NCBI GenBank assembly: GCA_019057815.1
Contig: JAHLWR010000014.1
Location: 1 to 64,000 of the forward strand
Origin: Candidatus Heimdallarchaeota archaeon
Lineage (GTDB): Archaea > Asgardarchaeota > Heimdallarchaeia > Heimdallarchaeales > Heimdallarchaeaceae
DNA length: 64,000 nt
Direction of reading: 5' to 3'
In this document: positions 9,047 through 18,494 of the stretch, piece by piece
Layout: the number at the start of each line of letters is the position of its first letter
Numbering within the stretch: the first letter of the stretch is position 1
Notes under the pieces: generated by a model
What the model was told of the DNA's origin: nothing
Database searches by the model: none
What the model saw: the letters and a program-made list of their open reading frames with translations, nothing else
Made by a program: the position numbers and the translations under genes

Positions 9047-10735
9047 ATGAGAGATTCGCGTGATAACTCAAGTTTATCAACATTTAAATCGTATTCTAAA
9101 AAGCAAGTATTTTCTAGATTTAAAGCGAAAATGTCTTCATTTCTAAAATTATTAGATCTCCAACCTATAGAATTTGTTATATTAATGATATTTCTCACAT
9201 TTGTCTTTTTTCTGTATTTAATAAATTTAGGTGTTCATCGACCTTTTGATTATGATGAAGGAGTCTATCTTCTTACCAGTATAATGTTTCGAGAAGGCTT
9301 CATTCCCTATTCCCAATTATTTGTTTCTCAACCTCCTTTACTTTTTGAACTCATTAAATTAATAGCACCAAGTTTCAAGAATGATCTTTTTGGTTCTAGA
9401 TTTTCAATTGTTTTACTTGGAACTATTGGACTACTAGCTACCGCTTTATGCACTAATACGATAATTAAGTCATATTTTCAAAACGAAGAAAAAGAAATAA
9501 ATCTGCTAAAAAGAAGTTTTCCTATAGTTTTAACTGTTCTCCTCTTAGGAATTGGTTCACATTATTGGTTTTATTACTCTAGAAGATTGCTTCCCAATAT
9601 TCCAGAAGCAAGTTTTACAGTACTCGCTTTTTGGTTTTTTCTTCAATCATTTAAAAAAAATAAATCGTATATATGGGCATTTTTAGCAGGTACAAGTTTA
9701 AGCATTGGAATGTTTTTCAAATTGTTTGGTGCTATTCCTTTCCTTTTTATTCTTATTTATTATTTAATATCTAAGAAAAATAAATTGAATGCTGTACTAT
9801 TTATGATCGGTTTTTTCGTACCCTTCTTAATTTTATTTAACTATGATGTACCTTCCATGATCAATCAAATAATATATTTTCATATTCAAAAGGAAAGAAA
9901 TTTTCACATAATACTCTATAGTTTAGGGGCAATGGGTGAGTGGCTTATTACTGATCCTATCAATATTGTTGGATTATTAGGTTTAATATCTTTATTTAGA
10001 ACAAAAAATCAGTATGAAAACGTGTTATTTTTCTGGACTTGGTATAATATTGTAATTCTTTGGTTCTACTCCCCTCTCTTTCCACACCATCTAGTTCATT
10101 TAGTTCCTTTTTCTGCAATTCTAGCCTCTTTGTTTTTGTATAAATCCTGTTCGTATTTGAATAAAAACAAATCTAAAATATATTACTGGTTGCAAAAAAA
10201 GACAGTGAAATTCAGTAGAATCCTAAAGGATAGTTATACAAAAATAAGACGTTTTATCCTAACAAAACAAAGATTATCATTGTTCTTAATATTGCTTAGC
10301 TCAATGTTGCTTTCTTTACCCATACTTTATGTACAACATCTGGTTCTCTATCCTTATCCTGCAGCCAATGACACGGCTGAATTTATTAGAACAATTCTTG
10401 ATGAAGATGAGTATTTCATAACTGATGGTCCATCTATTGCATACTTAGCAGATAGATTAGTTCCTCCATATTTAGTGGACATAAGTCAACAAAGAATTTA
10501 CTCAGAAAATATACAAAGCGAAGATATAATAGCTTTAGCTATTGAATACAACGTTACAGTCATACTTTATTGGGTATACAGGTTAGTACTACTAGATGAA
10601 TGGAATCAATACGTTCAAGAAAATTATTCTTTAGGATATATTTATTCTGGAAATCAAAATAAGTGGATTAACGCAACTGATCAAATGATAGAGGAGGGAA
10701 AAGTAGCAAATGGTCAAATATGGATTTCAATCTGA
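9047..10735 (+). CDS. GT-C fold membrane glycosyltransferase (ArnT/PMT, family 39-like)
   Basis: YDEGVY loop after TM1, QPPL, many TM segments. True start possibly the downstream ATG (MSSFLK). Confidence 0.8.
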   Translation: MRDSRDNSSLSTFKSYSKKQVFSRFKAKMSSFLKLLDLQPIEFVILMIFLTFVFFLYLINLGVHRPFDYDEGVYLLTSIMFREGFIPYSQLFVSQPPLLFELIKLIAPSFKNDLFGSRFSIVLLGTIGLLATALCTNTIIKSYFQNEEKEINLLKRSFPIVLTVLLLGIGSHYWFYYSRRLLPNIPEASFTVLAFWFFLQSFKKNKSYIWAFLAGTSLSIGMFFKLFGAIPFLFILIYYLISKKNKLNAVLFMIGFFVPFLILFNYDVPSMINQIIYFHIQKERNFHIILYSLGAMGEWLITDPINIVGLLGLISLFRTKNQYENVLFFWTWYNIVILWFYSPLFPHHLVHLVPFSAILASLFLYKSCSYLNKNKSKIYYWLQKKTVKFSRILKDSYTKIRRFILTKQRLSLFLILLSSMLLSLPILYVQHLVLYPYPAANDTAEFIRTILDEDEYFITDGPSIAYLADRLVPPYLVDISQQRIYSENIQSEDIIALAIEYNVTVILYWVYRLVLLDEWNQYVQENYSLGYIYSGNQNKWINATDQMIEEGKVANGQIWISI

Positions 10736-10805
10736 TTTATTACGATTTTCTCTTTTCCTATATTTACAAGTATTTTTTTATCTTATACATACACAACATA
10801 AATAG

Positions 10806-11672
10806 GTGATATTTCTTTCCTATATCAAGATGAAAGAAGAAGTAAGAATCATCACTGTTAATGAAAATCCCGAAATTAAGATTAGACTTGCAATAAAGCC
10901 TTCAAAAGAAGACAAATTCTCTAATCGCACTATAATTATTATTCCTGGGTGGTTAAGTGGTATTGACAATTTTCTTGCTCTAGCTGAAGCTATGCAATCT
11001 TACGGAAATGCAGTAATTTATGAACCTAGAGGGTTTGGAAAATCTATTACTCCTCACAAAAAGGGCTTATTTACTCATCAAGAATATAACAAAGAACTAT
11101 CTTATGTTATTAGAGAATTAGGGCTAGAAGACAAGAATTTTGTTATTATTGGAAGCTGCTCAGGTGGTTCTCAAGCGTTCAGTTATATCTTGGATGGAGA
11201 AGGTCCTAAACCTTTAACTTTAACCGTTTTCAGTCCTCAAGAATTTTATGGTACTCCCTTCTGGTTACCTGTTTTGGGTTGGATTCCCGCATTTATTATG
11301 AGTTTTGTTCAAAAGATGATCATCATTGGTTATAAGGTTTATTTGAAACGAAAAGCAGCTGAAGACTCAGAGAATGTTAGCTGGGCTGCTGAACGTCTTG
11401 CAACGAATGATGACTGGTGTTTACGAAGATATGTCCATGAGTTCATCATCAAATATGATATCAGAGGAAGACAAAAGGAAATAGATATACCTATATTATT
11501 GGTAACAGCTGAAAAAGACCATTTTGTTAACCCTGAGGTTTCAAATAACTTCTTAAATCACTCTAATTCAGAAATACTACAAATAAAAACTGATACTCAT
11601 AGAGTACACCAAGATAAAGAGAAAGAAATAGCTGCAAAAATAAACGAGTTCCTGCTCAAATTAGAATATTAG
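10806..11672 (+). CDS. Alpha/beta hydrolase
   Basis: IIPGW, EPRGFGKS, IIGSCSGG elbow, EKDHFV, THRVH. Confidence 0.8.
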   Translation: MIFLSYIKMKEEVRIITVNENPEIKIRLAIKPSKEDKFSNRTIIIIPGWLSGIDNFLALAEAMQSYGNAVIYEPRGFGKSITPHKKGLFTHQEYNKELSYVIRELGLEDKNFVIIGSCSGGSQAFSYILDGEGPKPLTLTVFSPQEFYGTPFWLPVLGWIPAFIMSFVQKMIIIGYKVYLKRKAAEDSENVSWAAERLATNDDWCLRRYVHEFIIKYDIRGRQKEIDIPILLVTAEKDHFVNPEVSNNFLNHSNSEILQIKTDTHRVHQDKEKEIAAKINEFLLKLEY

Positions 11673-11694
11673 AACGAGAAAACAGAAAACTTTT

Positions 11695-12555
11695 TCAACC
11701 AATGGATGGAACTACTGAAACTATAATTGTCTTCATACCTGTGTTAGATCCGATAATTGGTGCAGCATCAGTCACATAAAAATCTTTTATTTTCAATTTT
11801 TTCTTGATTTTATTCGCTATTCTTGTAGAACCTTTTAGATTGTCCACATGAGATATTATCATATCATAAAATATATCTTTATTTGCCCTTTTAACAATAA
11901 TATTTGTCAGCCTGTTTTCCATATGAAATCCAAAAACAAATCCTGGAAGTTTAGACACTAATATCCCTGGTCGCTCCATAACAGCTATTGGTTTAATTCC
12001 AATAAGTTTTGTAAGATTTAGAATAAATTTCGATTTCAATCTTCCTGACTTATAGACGTTTTCAAGCGTGTAAAAACCCACATCAAGAATACTTCTTTCC
12101 TTTAACTTTTCAACTTCTTCGACAATTTTGTCTATTGGTAAATTTTGTTCTACAAGCTGTGTAACTGCAATAGTTATAAGTCCTTGAACTCCTGAAGCTG
12201 ATTCTGTATCAATTATTGTTACTTTATCGCGATATTCTTGAGATGCTACCTTAGCAACATTCAATGTTCCAGTCAAACTTTCAGAAATACCAACATAAAT
12301 TACATGATCGTAATCCTTTTCTTTGAAACAAGATTGGAAAATATCCAGAAAATCCTGTGGTGATGGAACTGAGCTTTTTGGTATCACTTTCATTTTTTTG
12401 AGCTTATGATAATATTCTCTAACAGGAATGTCAACACCAACTTTCCAATCTCTATCATCAAAAAACAATCTTTGATAAACAATTGGAATATCATATTTAT
12501 CTCTAAATTCTAAAGGTAAATCTGCTGCTGAATCGGTTATTATCTTAATCTTCAT
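11695..12555 (-). CDS. DegV/FakB fatty-acid-binding protein
   Basis: IITDSAADLP, PKSSVPSP, ISESLTGT, IDTESAS, KSGRL. Confidence 0.9.
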   Translation of the reverse strand: MKIKIITDSAADLPLEFRDKYDIPIVYQRLFFDDRDWKVGVDIPVREYYHKLKKMKVIPKSSVPSPQDFLDIFQSCFKEKDYDHVIYVGISESLTGTLNVAKVASQEYRDKVTIIDTESASGVQGLITIAVTQLVEQNLPIDKIVEEVEKLKERSILDVGFYTLENVYKSGRLKSKFILNLTKLIGIKPIAVMERPGILVSKLPGFVFGFHMENRLTNIIVKRANKDIFYDMIISHVDNLKGSTRIANKIKKKLKIKDFYVTDAAPIIGSNTGMKTIIVSVVPSIG

Positions 12556-12601
12556 TGGTTTTATTTAATTAACACTTAAGTATAAATCTTTGCCTTAATA
12601 A

Positions 12602-13309
12602 GTGGAGGAAATGGAAACAATAATTGTACACAACCACAAATCATGTTTACATACCTATATAAGTGTAAGAAAAAGTGTATTCCATATGGAATATGACTTA
12701 GAAAGCCTCTATAGGGTTTCAAAAAAGGATCTTAAACAAGTAGCTACAACCCTCTCAAAATCGTTTAAAAATGACCCCCTCAGTTGTTATATGTATCCAG
12801 ACACTGAAAAAAGATTAAAGCAGTTGTATTACTATTTCATTTTTCGAGTTAGATTTGGAATTACACATGGAGAAGTTTATGCAACCACAAAAAATTTTGA
12901 GGGAATAGCTGTATGGTTACCAAGCGATAAGACTACTATTACAAGAATGGAAGCTATGAAAGTAGGAGGATGGAAACTGTACTTCCAATTAGGAATGGAA
13001 ACTGTTTCTAGAATGGAAGTAATAAACCATTTTACGATCGAATTTCGAAAAAATGTTGTCAAAACTCCATATTGGTACTTAGCTCCTATGGGAGTTGATC
13101 CTGTACACCAAGGAAAAGGATTTGCGAGAATCCTTCTATTATCAATGTTAAATAGGTTGGATAAAGAAAAAATAGATTGTTTTCTGGAAACTCAAACTAA
13201 AAGGAATGTTGAGATATACAAGCGATATGGTTTTGAAGTTAATGGAAAAACAAAGATACCAGGGACAGAACTAGAGCATTATGGGATGATAAGGAAACAC
13301 AAAACTTGA
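12602..13309 (+). CDS. GNAT N-acetyltransferase (puromycin acetyltransferase-like)
   Basis: WYLAPMGVDPVHQGKG, FLETQ..RNVEIYKRYGF. Likely start at MEYDLE. Confidence 0.9.
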   Translation: MEEMETIIVHNHKSCLHTYISVRKSVFHMEYDLESLYRVSKKDLKQVATTLSKSFKNDPLSCYMYPDTEKRLKQLYYYFIFRVRFGITHGEVYATTKNFEGIAVWLPSDKTTITRMEAMKVGGWKLYFQLGMETVSRMEVINHFTIEFRKNVVKTPYWYLAPMGVDPVHQGKGFARILLLSMLNRLDKEKIDCFLETQTKRNVEIYKRYGFEVNGKTKIPGTELEHYGMIRKHKT

Positions 13310-13365
13310 ACATCCCTAATGAAATCAAAACATAAGAAAATCTAGAGATTAAAAACATAACCCGT

Positions 13366-14682
13366 TTAAATTTTGAAAACTGGTGAGTCTTCGTTAATAT
13401 ACAGCTTATTTGACATTCCAACACTTTTCTTGATTATTAATCTTTTATTTTCTAAACGCTGTATAATTCGAGAAAGAGTCGCTTTTGGAATTTTAGTTCT
13501 CAAAGCTACTTGAGACTGACTTATTTCTGGGTTTTTCAAAATCTCTTTCATTACTTGAAGTTCTTTTTCACTCAGTATTCCTTCTAGTTTGTCTAAAACC
13601 GTCCTTTCATCTTGTACAACTTGCTTTTCTGGTGAAGTAACTTGTTTCTTGTTTTTGGATTTTAAATATTGACGATATTCCCTTACTCCTAAAGCTACAG
13701 CGAAAACTGAAAATATAATCATAAAATATGTCCATGGGCTTATGGTTGTGTAAACTGTTAGGGAAACAGGGATATCGACTTCATTTATTGATACATTTGT
13801 TAGAAAAGTTATTTGTCCTACAAATTCGCCGTCTTTTGAGATATCTAGTTCAATATCAATAATAGCAAAGGAGAGAGAATTGATTTCAAAGTCAGATGGA
13901 ATATCTATTATGTCTAAATTATTAGTGATATTTACTTTAATAGGAACTGTTAATAGGTTAGTAACAGTAAAAGATTGGATTATTTTTGTGTTACTTCTTG
14001 AAATCCTACCAACATGCCATGAAGAAGGTGAGACTTCTATTATTTGTTGAGTTAAACCTGATTTGTATTCGACTATTAAATCAAAACTTTCAAGATTAAT
14101 AGTATCCCAAGTCATCCTTAACCTACTATCTATAACACTCAAAGTCTGAGGTTGGGGATTTGTAGAATAAAGTATCAAATTTTTTTCCAAATATATTGTA
14201 CTAGAAAAAACTGAAACAGATCTAGACCAAGATACAGAGAGATCTAATTCTCTCACTCCTTCACTAGTTTCTGTGGGTAAAATTGAATAAACTTGAATGG
14301 TATATTTCTCACCTATGCTAAGAACTTTAGGTAGTTGAAAAGTTATTTTAGTGAATCCTGAGGTTTCATTATATTTCAAGCCAATAAGAAGATTACTATC
14401 AAGCTGGTCAGTAACTTCCACATTACTCAAATTACCTTTGATTTCAATATAGTCTATCAAAAGAGTACCATTATCTGTTAGTTGAATGTATTCTATTGAG
14501 ATGTTTATATTGGTAAAAAGAAAATAAATAGAACCAAGTAGATTTACTTTTGAAATTCCTATATTATGATCCACTTGGGTAAAAACATCTGATACTTTGC
14601 TATTTGAAGTTAAACCTTGAGACAAATAAGGTAGTGAAGCAAATAAAACAAGAATAAAAAAAACTACAGTAACCTTCTTCAT
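13366..14682 (-). CDS. Membrane-tethered transcription regulator: signal peptide, extracellular beta domains, one TM, C-terminal winged HTH
   Basis: N-terminal hydrophobic signal, TM WTYFMIIFSVFAVALGV, then ISQSQVALRTKIPKATLSRIIQRLENKRLI. Confidence 0.8.
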   Translation of the reverse strand: MKKVTVVFFILVLFASLPYLSQGLTSNSKVSDVFTQVDHNIGISKVNLLGSIYFLFTNINISIEYIQLTDNGTLLIDYIEIKGNLSNVEVTDQLDSNLLIGLKYNETSGFTKITFQLPKVLSIGEKYTIQVYSILPTETSEGVRELDLSVSWSRSVSVFSSTIYLEKNLILYSTNPQPQTLSVIDSRLRMTWDTINLESFDLIVEYKSGLTQQIIEVSPSSWHVGRISRSNTKIIQSFTVTNLLTVPIKVNITNNLDIIDIPSDFEINSLSFAIIDIELDISKDGEFVGQITFLTNVSINEVDIPVSLTVYTTISPWTYFMIIFSVFAVALGVREYRQYLKSKNKKQVTSPEKQVVQDERTVLDKLEGILSEKELQVMKEILKNPEISQSQVALRTKIPKATLSRIIQRLENKRLIIKKSVGMSNKLYINEDSPVFKI

Positions 14683-14794
14683 TACAAATCTCCTCTTCTA
14701 TCTCAAAGGTGTTAATTTATACAAATAAGTATTTCCCACTGTTTATCTAAGATGTTTCTCATTTACTTACTAAAAATAAAAAAAAGAGAAAAAA

Positions 14795-16147
14795 TTAGAA
14801 TGGTTCGTCTATCTTGTCATCCCATTCATAGTACTCTATCCATAGAATTTCTAGAGGATCGTCGTCTATCGCTATTGAAAGCCATGCAGAGTAATCATAG
14901 TTGCAAAAATCAACGTACCAAATTCCGTCATAGAAATAAGTCCATATCTCATATTCAGTAAAATTTGAAATGAAGTTCTGAACTTCTTCTCGTTCCCAGA
15001 TAAAAGCTATAATCTCGTCTTCAGTATATTGAGGAGGATCAGGAATATAACTATCTATGTAGAGCACATCTCCAGTTTTGTCGTCAATTGAAAGGAAAAT
15101 ATATGCTTCAAATTGATATTCAGGCCAGATTGAGATATACCAGTAACCAAAACCATCATACCAAATATCCCAGACAACATCCTCGTAATTTAAGAGAAAA
15201 TCTTCTACTTCAGGTTGGGCTAAAGCAATCGCTTTAACATCTTCTGCAGTCATTGTAGCAGGTTCAGTCTTCCATTTATCTACTATTTCACCAGTTACAT
15301 CATCTATCCAGAGTAAAATCCAATCCATATAATCGTTTGAGTAGAAGTCAACAACCCAAAGAAGATTTTCAGATCCTTCCCAAGGAGTAGGGTCTTCAAG
15401 GTTGAAAGTGTCATAGAATTCTGTGACATAGATATAGTATTCATAATCAGAATTGTTAATAATGAATTGTTGAACATCAAAATCATTCAGAGCTATAGCT
15501 AGAATTTCATCAACTGTGTGTTGAGCATCTACCAAATAGTCAGAGACGAAAACATCAACAATTTCACCATTTACATCATCTATGATAACTGAACACCAAG
15601 CAAAATAATTATTTGCGTATATGTCTATGTACCAATATTGATAGCAATCATAGAAAACGTAATATTCATAGTCAGGATTGTTTGTAATAAATTCTTGAAC
15701 TAATTCATTAGATAAAGCAATATCTAATACTTCTTGTGTAGTCAAAATAGTTTCTTCTGAAGCAATCCAGATATCAATATCTATTACATCACCACTATTA
15801 TCATCAATAGTAACAAAAGCATAGCTCATCCAATCATCATAACTAAAGTATGATGCATACCATATCTTAAACTCATATTCATAATAGAGATAAAGATCTA
15901 CTTCAACAAATTCTGCTAAAAATTCTTGAATTTCAGGTAAGGATTCGAGTATTGCTATCACTTCAGCTTCAGTAAGAATGGAATCGTATGCTGCTAAACC
16001 ATCAGTAGAAACACGATTATTTGTACTATCTGTAGCTAAATCATTTGTTTCTAGAGGATGGTTAGTTAAAGAGTAAGTAACTCCTACTGCAAGTGAAGTT
16101 AGAACCAAAGTAACTATCGAAGTCAGGATAATTTTGTGTCGGATCAT
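14795..16147 (-). CDS. Exported acidic protein with five PepSY-like repeats
   Basis: Signal/anchor helix followed by 5 repeats of 'T..EV..IAL....V.EF...Y...W....IDD..G.I'. Confidence 0.7.
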   Translation of the reverse strand: MIRHKIILTSIVTLVLTSLAVGVTYSLTNHPLETNDLATDSTNNRVSTDGLAAYDSILTEAEVIAILESLPEIQEFLAEFVEVDLYLYYEYEFKIWYASYFSYDDWMSYAFVTIDDNSGDVIDIDIWIASEETILTTQEVLDIALSNELVQEFITNNPDYEYYVFYDCYQYWYIDIYANNYFAWCSVIIDDVNGEIVDVFVSDYLVDAQHTVDEILAIALNDFDVQQFIINNSDYEYYIYVTEFYDTFNLEDPTPWEGSENLLWVVDFYSNDYMDWILLWIDDVTGEIVDKWKTEPATMTAEDVKAIALAQPEVEDFLLNYEDVVWDIWYDGFGYWYISIWPEYQFEAYIFLSIDDKTGDVLYIDSYIPDPPQYTEDEIIAFIWEREEVQNFISNFTEYEIWTYFYDGIWYVDFCNYDYSAWLSIAIDDDPLEILWIEYYEWDDKIDEPF

Positions 16148-16168
16148 TTAATCACCATCATAACCTTC

Positions 16169-16234
16169 AGTGAAACAACCTATATACTTTAATGAAAACG
16201 ATTGTTTCACTTAGTGAAACACTCTAGAGAAACA
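16169..16234. promoter_or_regulatory. Clustered (A)GTGAAACA operator motifs around a TATA box
   Basis: AGTGAAACA at 16169-77; TATATA at 16181-86; perfect palindrome TGTTTCACT-T-AGTGAAACA at 16203-21; AGAGAAACA at 16226-34. Confidence 0.6.
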
Positions 16235-16336
16235 CTTAAACAAAGAAAAATGGCAAAAATGCTGAATAAACAACTCCCCCAATGTCCTAGTGCGAATTGA
16301 GAATCTTTTAATAAGTGAATTCTACAATAATTATTC

Positions 16337-16882
16337 ATGTTTAAGGAAAAAGAAGAAAAATCAAAAATGCAATTAATAGATATTCTACCTATCACGTTAA
16401 CTTCATTATGTATAATATCACAAATTATACTAGTTTTTACTATCTGGGGTAATTATTACGATTATGACTATTTAGTCTACATAGGTTATGGAGTCTGGAG
16501 TTTGTCAATAATTTTCGGTATTTTACCTATTTTTACGTTTAAGAGAAAAGGTGGAGTAGGTAAGAGGGAGAGTTATATCAAAACAAAAGTATTGGTTACT
16601 AGTGGAGTATATTCTATTGTTAGACACCCTCAATTTTTAGCAGGGATTCTTTTGAGTCTTGCATGTGCCCTGATATCACAACATTTGGTAGTAGTTCTAC
16701 TGTTTATACCCATATTAATAGGAACATATATTGATGCTTTAAGAGCTGATAAACGCCTTATAGAAAAATTTGGAGAAGACTATAAAAGATACATGAAGAA
16801 AGTTCCTAGACTGGAACTTTTCACCGGTGCTATAAGATTGATTATAAGAAAAATAAAGAGAAGAAATGGGTTTAAAAGTTGA
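16337..16882 (+). CDS. Isoprenylcysteine carboxyl methyltransferase/PEMT-family membrane protein
   Basis: LVTSGVYSIVRHPQF...KFGEDYKRYMKKVPR. Confidence 0.88.
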   Translation: MFKEKEEKSKMQLIDILPITLTSLCIISQIILVFTIWGNYYDYDYLVYIGYGVWSLSIIFGILPIFTFKRKGGVGKRESYIKTKVLVTSGVYSIVRHPQFLAGILLSLACALISQHLVVVLLFIPILIGTYIDALRADKRLIEKFGEDYKRYMKKVPRLELFTGAIRLIIRKIKRRNGFKS

Positions 16883-16981
16883 AAAGAACCTCTTTCGCTC
16901 GTCCTCTATACTGGAAGTGAAATTCTTGCATATTTTTTGTTCTTCAGTTATATTTTTGAAGTTATTATTACTATTTTTTCC

Positions 16982-17317
16982 ATGAATAAGCTATTTATGA
17001 TTTTAAGTAGCGCAGATCTGGAAGTCCATAATGAGCTTAGTTTTAAATACGCTTATAATGCTAAAAAGCAAGGATGGATGGATGAAGTCAGAGTTATACT
17101 CTGGGGACCAACAGAAAAGATCGCAGCAAACAATCAAGAATTTCAAGAGCAGGTAAAATTGTTGCTTGATGCAGATATTGAGGTTATTACTTGCAAAGCC
17201 TGTAGTGACAACTATGGTGTCAGCGATATATTAGAAAAAATAGGAATAAGTGTCCTTTACGTAGGAACACTAATTACTCAAATGTTGAAAGAAGATTGGA
17301 AGCAGTTAACATTCTAA
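16982..17317 (+). CDS. DsrE-family protein
   Basis: YAYNAKKQGWMDEVRVILWGP, CKACSDNYG. ATG at 16982 chosen as start. Confidence 0.85.
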   Translation: MNKLFMILSSADLEVHNELSFKYAYNAKKQGWMDEVRVILWGPTEKIAANNQEFQEQVKLLLDADIEVITCKACSDNYGVSDILEKIGISVLYVGTLITQMLKEDWKQLTF

Positions 17318-17335
17318 CTACTTTACTTCCTTTAC

Positions 17336-17587
17336 TCAAATATAGATATCTGAGTCAGTTTCTTTCTTTTCTCCATAGAGATCTTCTATGTTTTCTTGTA
17401 ACAATATTGTCTCATCAAATAATTCATCCAATTCTATTCTTTTTTCAGGATTGCATACGGGACAATAAGCGTTACAATAAGCTCCAACTGTTCTTGCTTC
17501 TGCAAAGCTTTCATGGTTCGAGAAGTAAGGAAAGTCACAGTTCCATTTTTCACCACAATCAGAGCATGTGTGTTTGCAATGTACCAT
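17336..17587 (-). CDS. Small Cys/His-rich putative Zn-binding protein
   Basis: HCKHTCSDC...C...CNAYCPVC with an acidic tail. TATA-like sequence lies upstream. Confidence 0.55.
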   Translation of the reverse strand: MVHCKHTCSDCGEKWNCDFPYFSNHESFAEARTVGAYCNAYCPVCNPEKRIELDELFDETILLQENIEDLYGEKKETDSDIYI

Positions 17588-17768
17588 ATTCTCAACCTCA
17601 TTTTTTAAACATACAAGAGTATGTTAATAGTATAAATACGCGCTCATTTTATATAAGTATTTGTTTTACCAATTGTTTGATTGTTTGATTGTTTTTTCGA
17701 TTTGCTTAGAAATTAAGTCGGATGATTAACCAATAAATTGAAATTTAAGCTAGTATTACGGGTTTTAG

Positions 17769-18419
17769 ATGAAGTTTAGAGAAGAACTCAAATTATACGA
17801 ACAAAAAATGGGAAAAATACGTATAAAACCCAGTAAAGATTCTATCACTTTAATATCTAAACACCCTCTCTTAATACATATATTACAATATACCTATATT
17901 ACAGTGATTGACATCTACAAATTCATCTTACAAGGGACTTGTGGCTGGTCTCATCTGATTACAGAAAAAAGAAACTTACATGATATTAAGAAATATCTCA
18001 CTTCTGAGTTTAGTCAACAAGCAAAACCTAGAGATGAAGAGAAACTTTTCGATCTTTTGAATCGAAGTACAGAAATTGGGAGGTTAAACCTCAGAGTGTG
18101 GAAACTTAGAGTTAACGATAAAACCGATGAAATATGGAATATGATGGAAAATGTTCAACAATCAGCTGTTTGCTCCTTGGAGTTGTTTAAAAAGAGATTT
18201 GAAGAATTTGGAAATTTTGTAAATTCGAAATACATTATTATCAAAGAAGAAGAAGATATAGTTCAATATGAGAGTTGGTTTAAATTTATTATCCGTTTAG
18301 TATCTAATGCTAAAAGCTGTTTGAACCTCCCCCTAGTATCTCATTCTGAATGTTTCAGATCAACTTACAATCCGTCATATCGATTAGTCTTTCAGAAAGA
18401 TATAGAGAAATATTTGTAA
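17769..18419 (+). CDS. Conserved hypothetical protein (DxYK..Q...G..H / HS..FR..Y.P.YR motifs)
   Basis: DIYKFILQGTCGWSHL and HSECFRSTYNPSYRLV resemble a recurrent uncharacterised family. Confidence 0.6.
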   Translation: MKFREELKLYEQKMGKIRIKPSKDSITLISKHPLLIHILQYTYITVIDIYKFILQGTCGWSHLITEKRNLHDIKKYLTSEFSQQAKPRDEEKLFDLLNRSTEIGRLNLRVWKLRVNDKTDEIWNMMENVQQSAVCSLELFKKRFEEFGNFVNSKYIIIKEEEDIVQYESWFKFIIRLVSNAKSCLNLPLVSHSECFRSTYNPSYRLVFQKDIEKYL

Positions 18420-18494
18420 CGAATATGAGTAACTTTTCTTTTCTTGTAAGAACCTGAACTACCCCTATCTAAAGGATTAGGACTTCTACTATGC

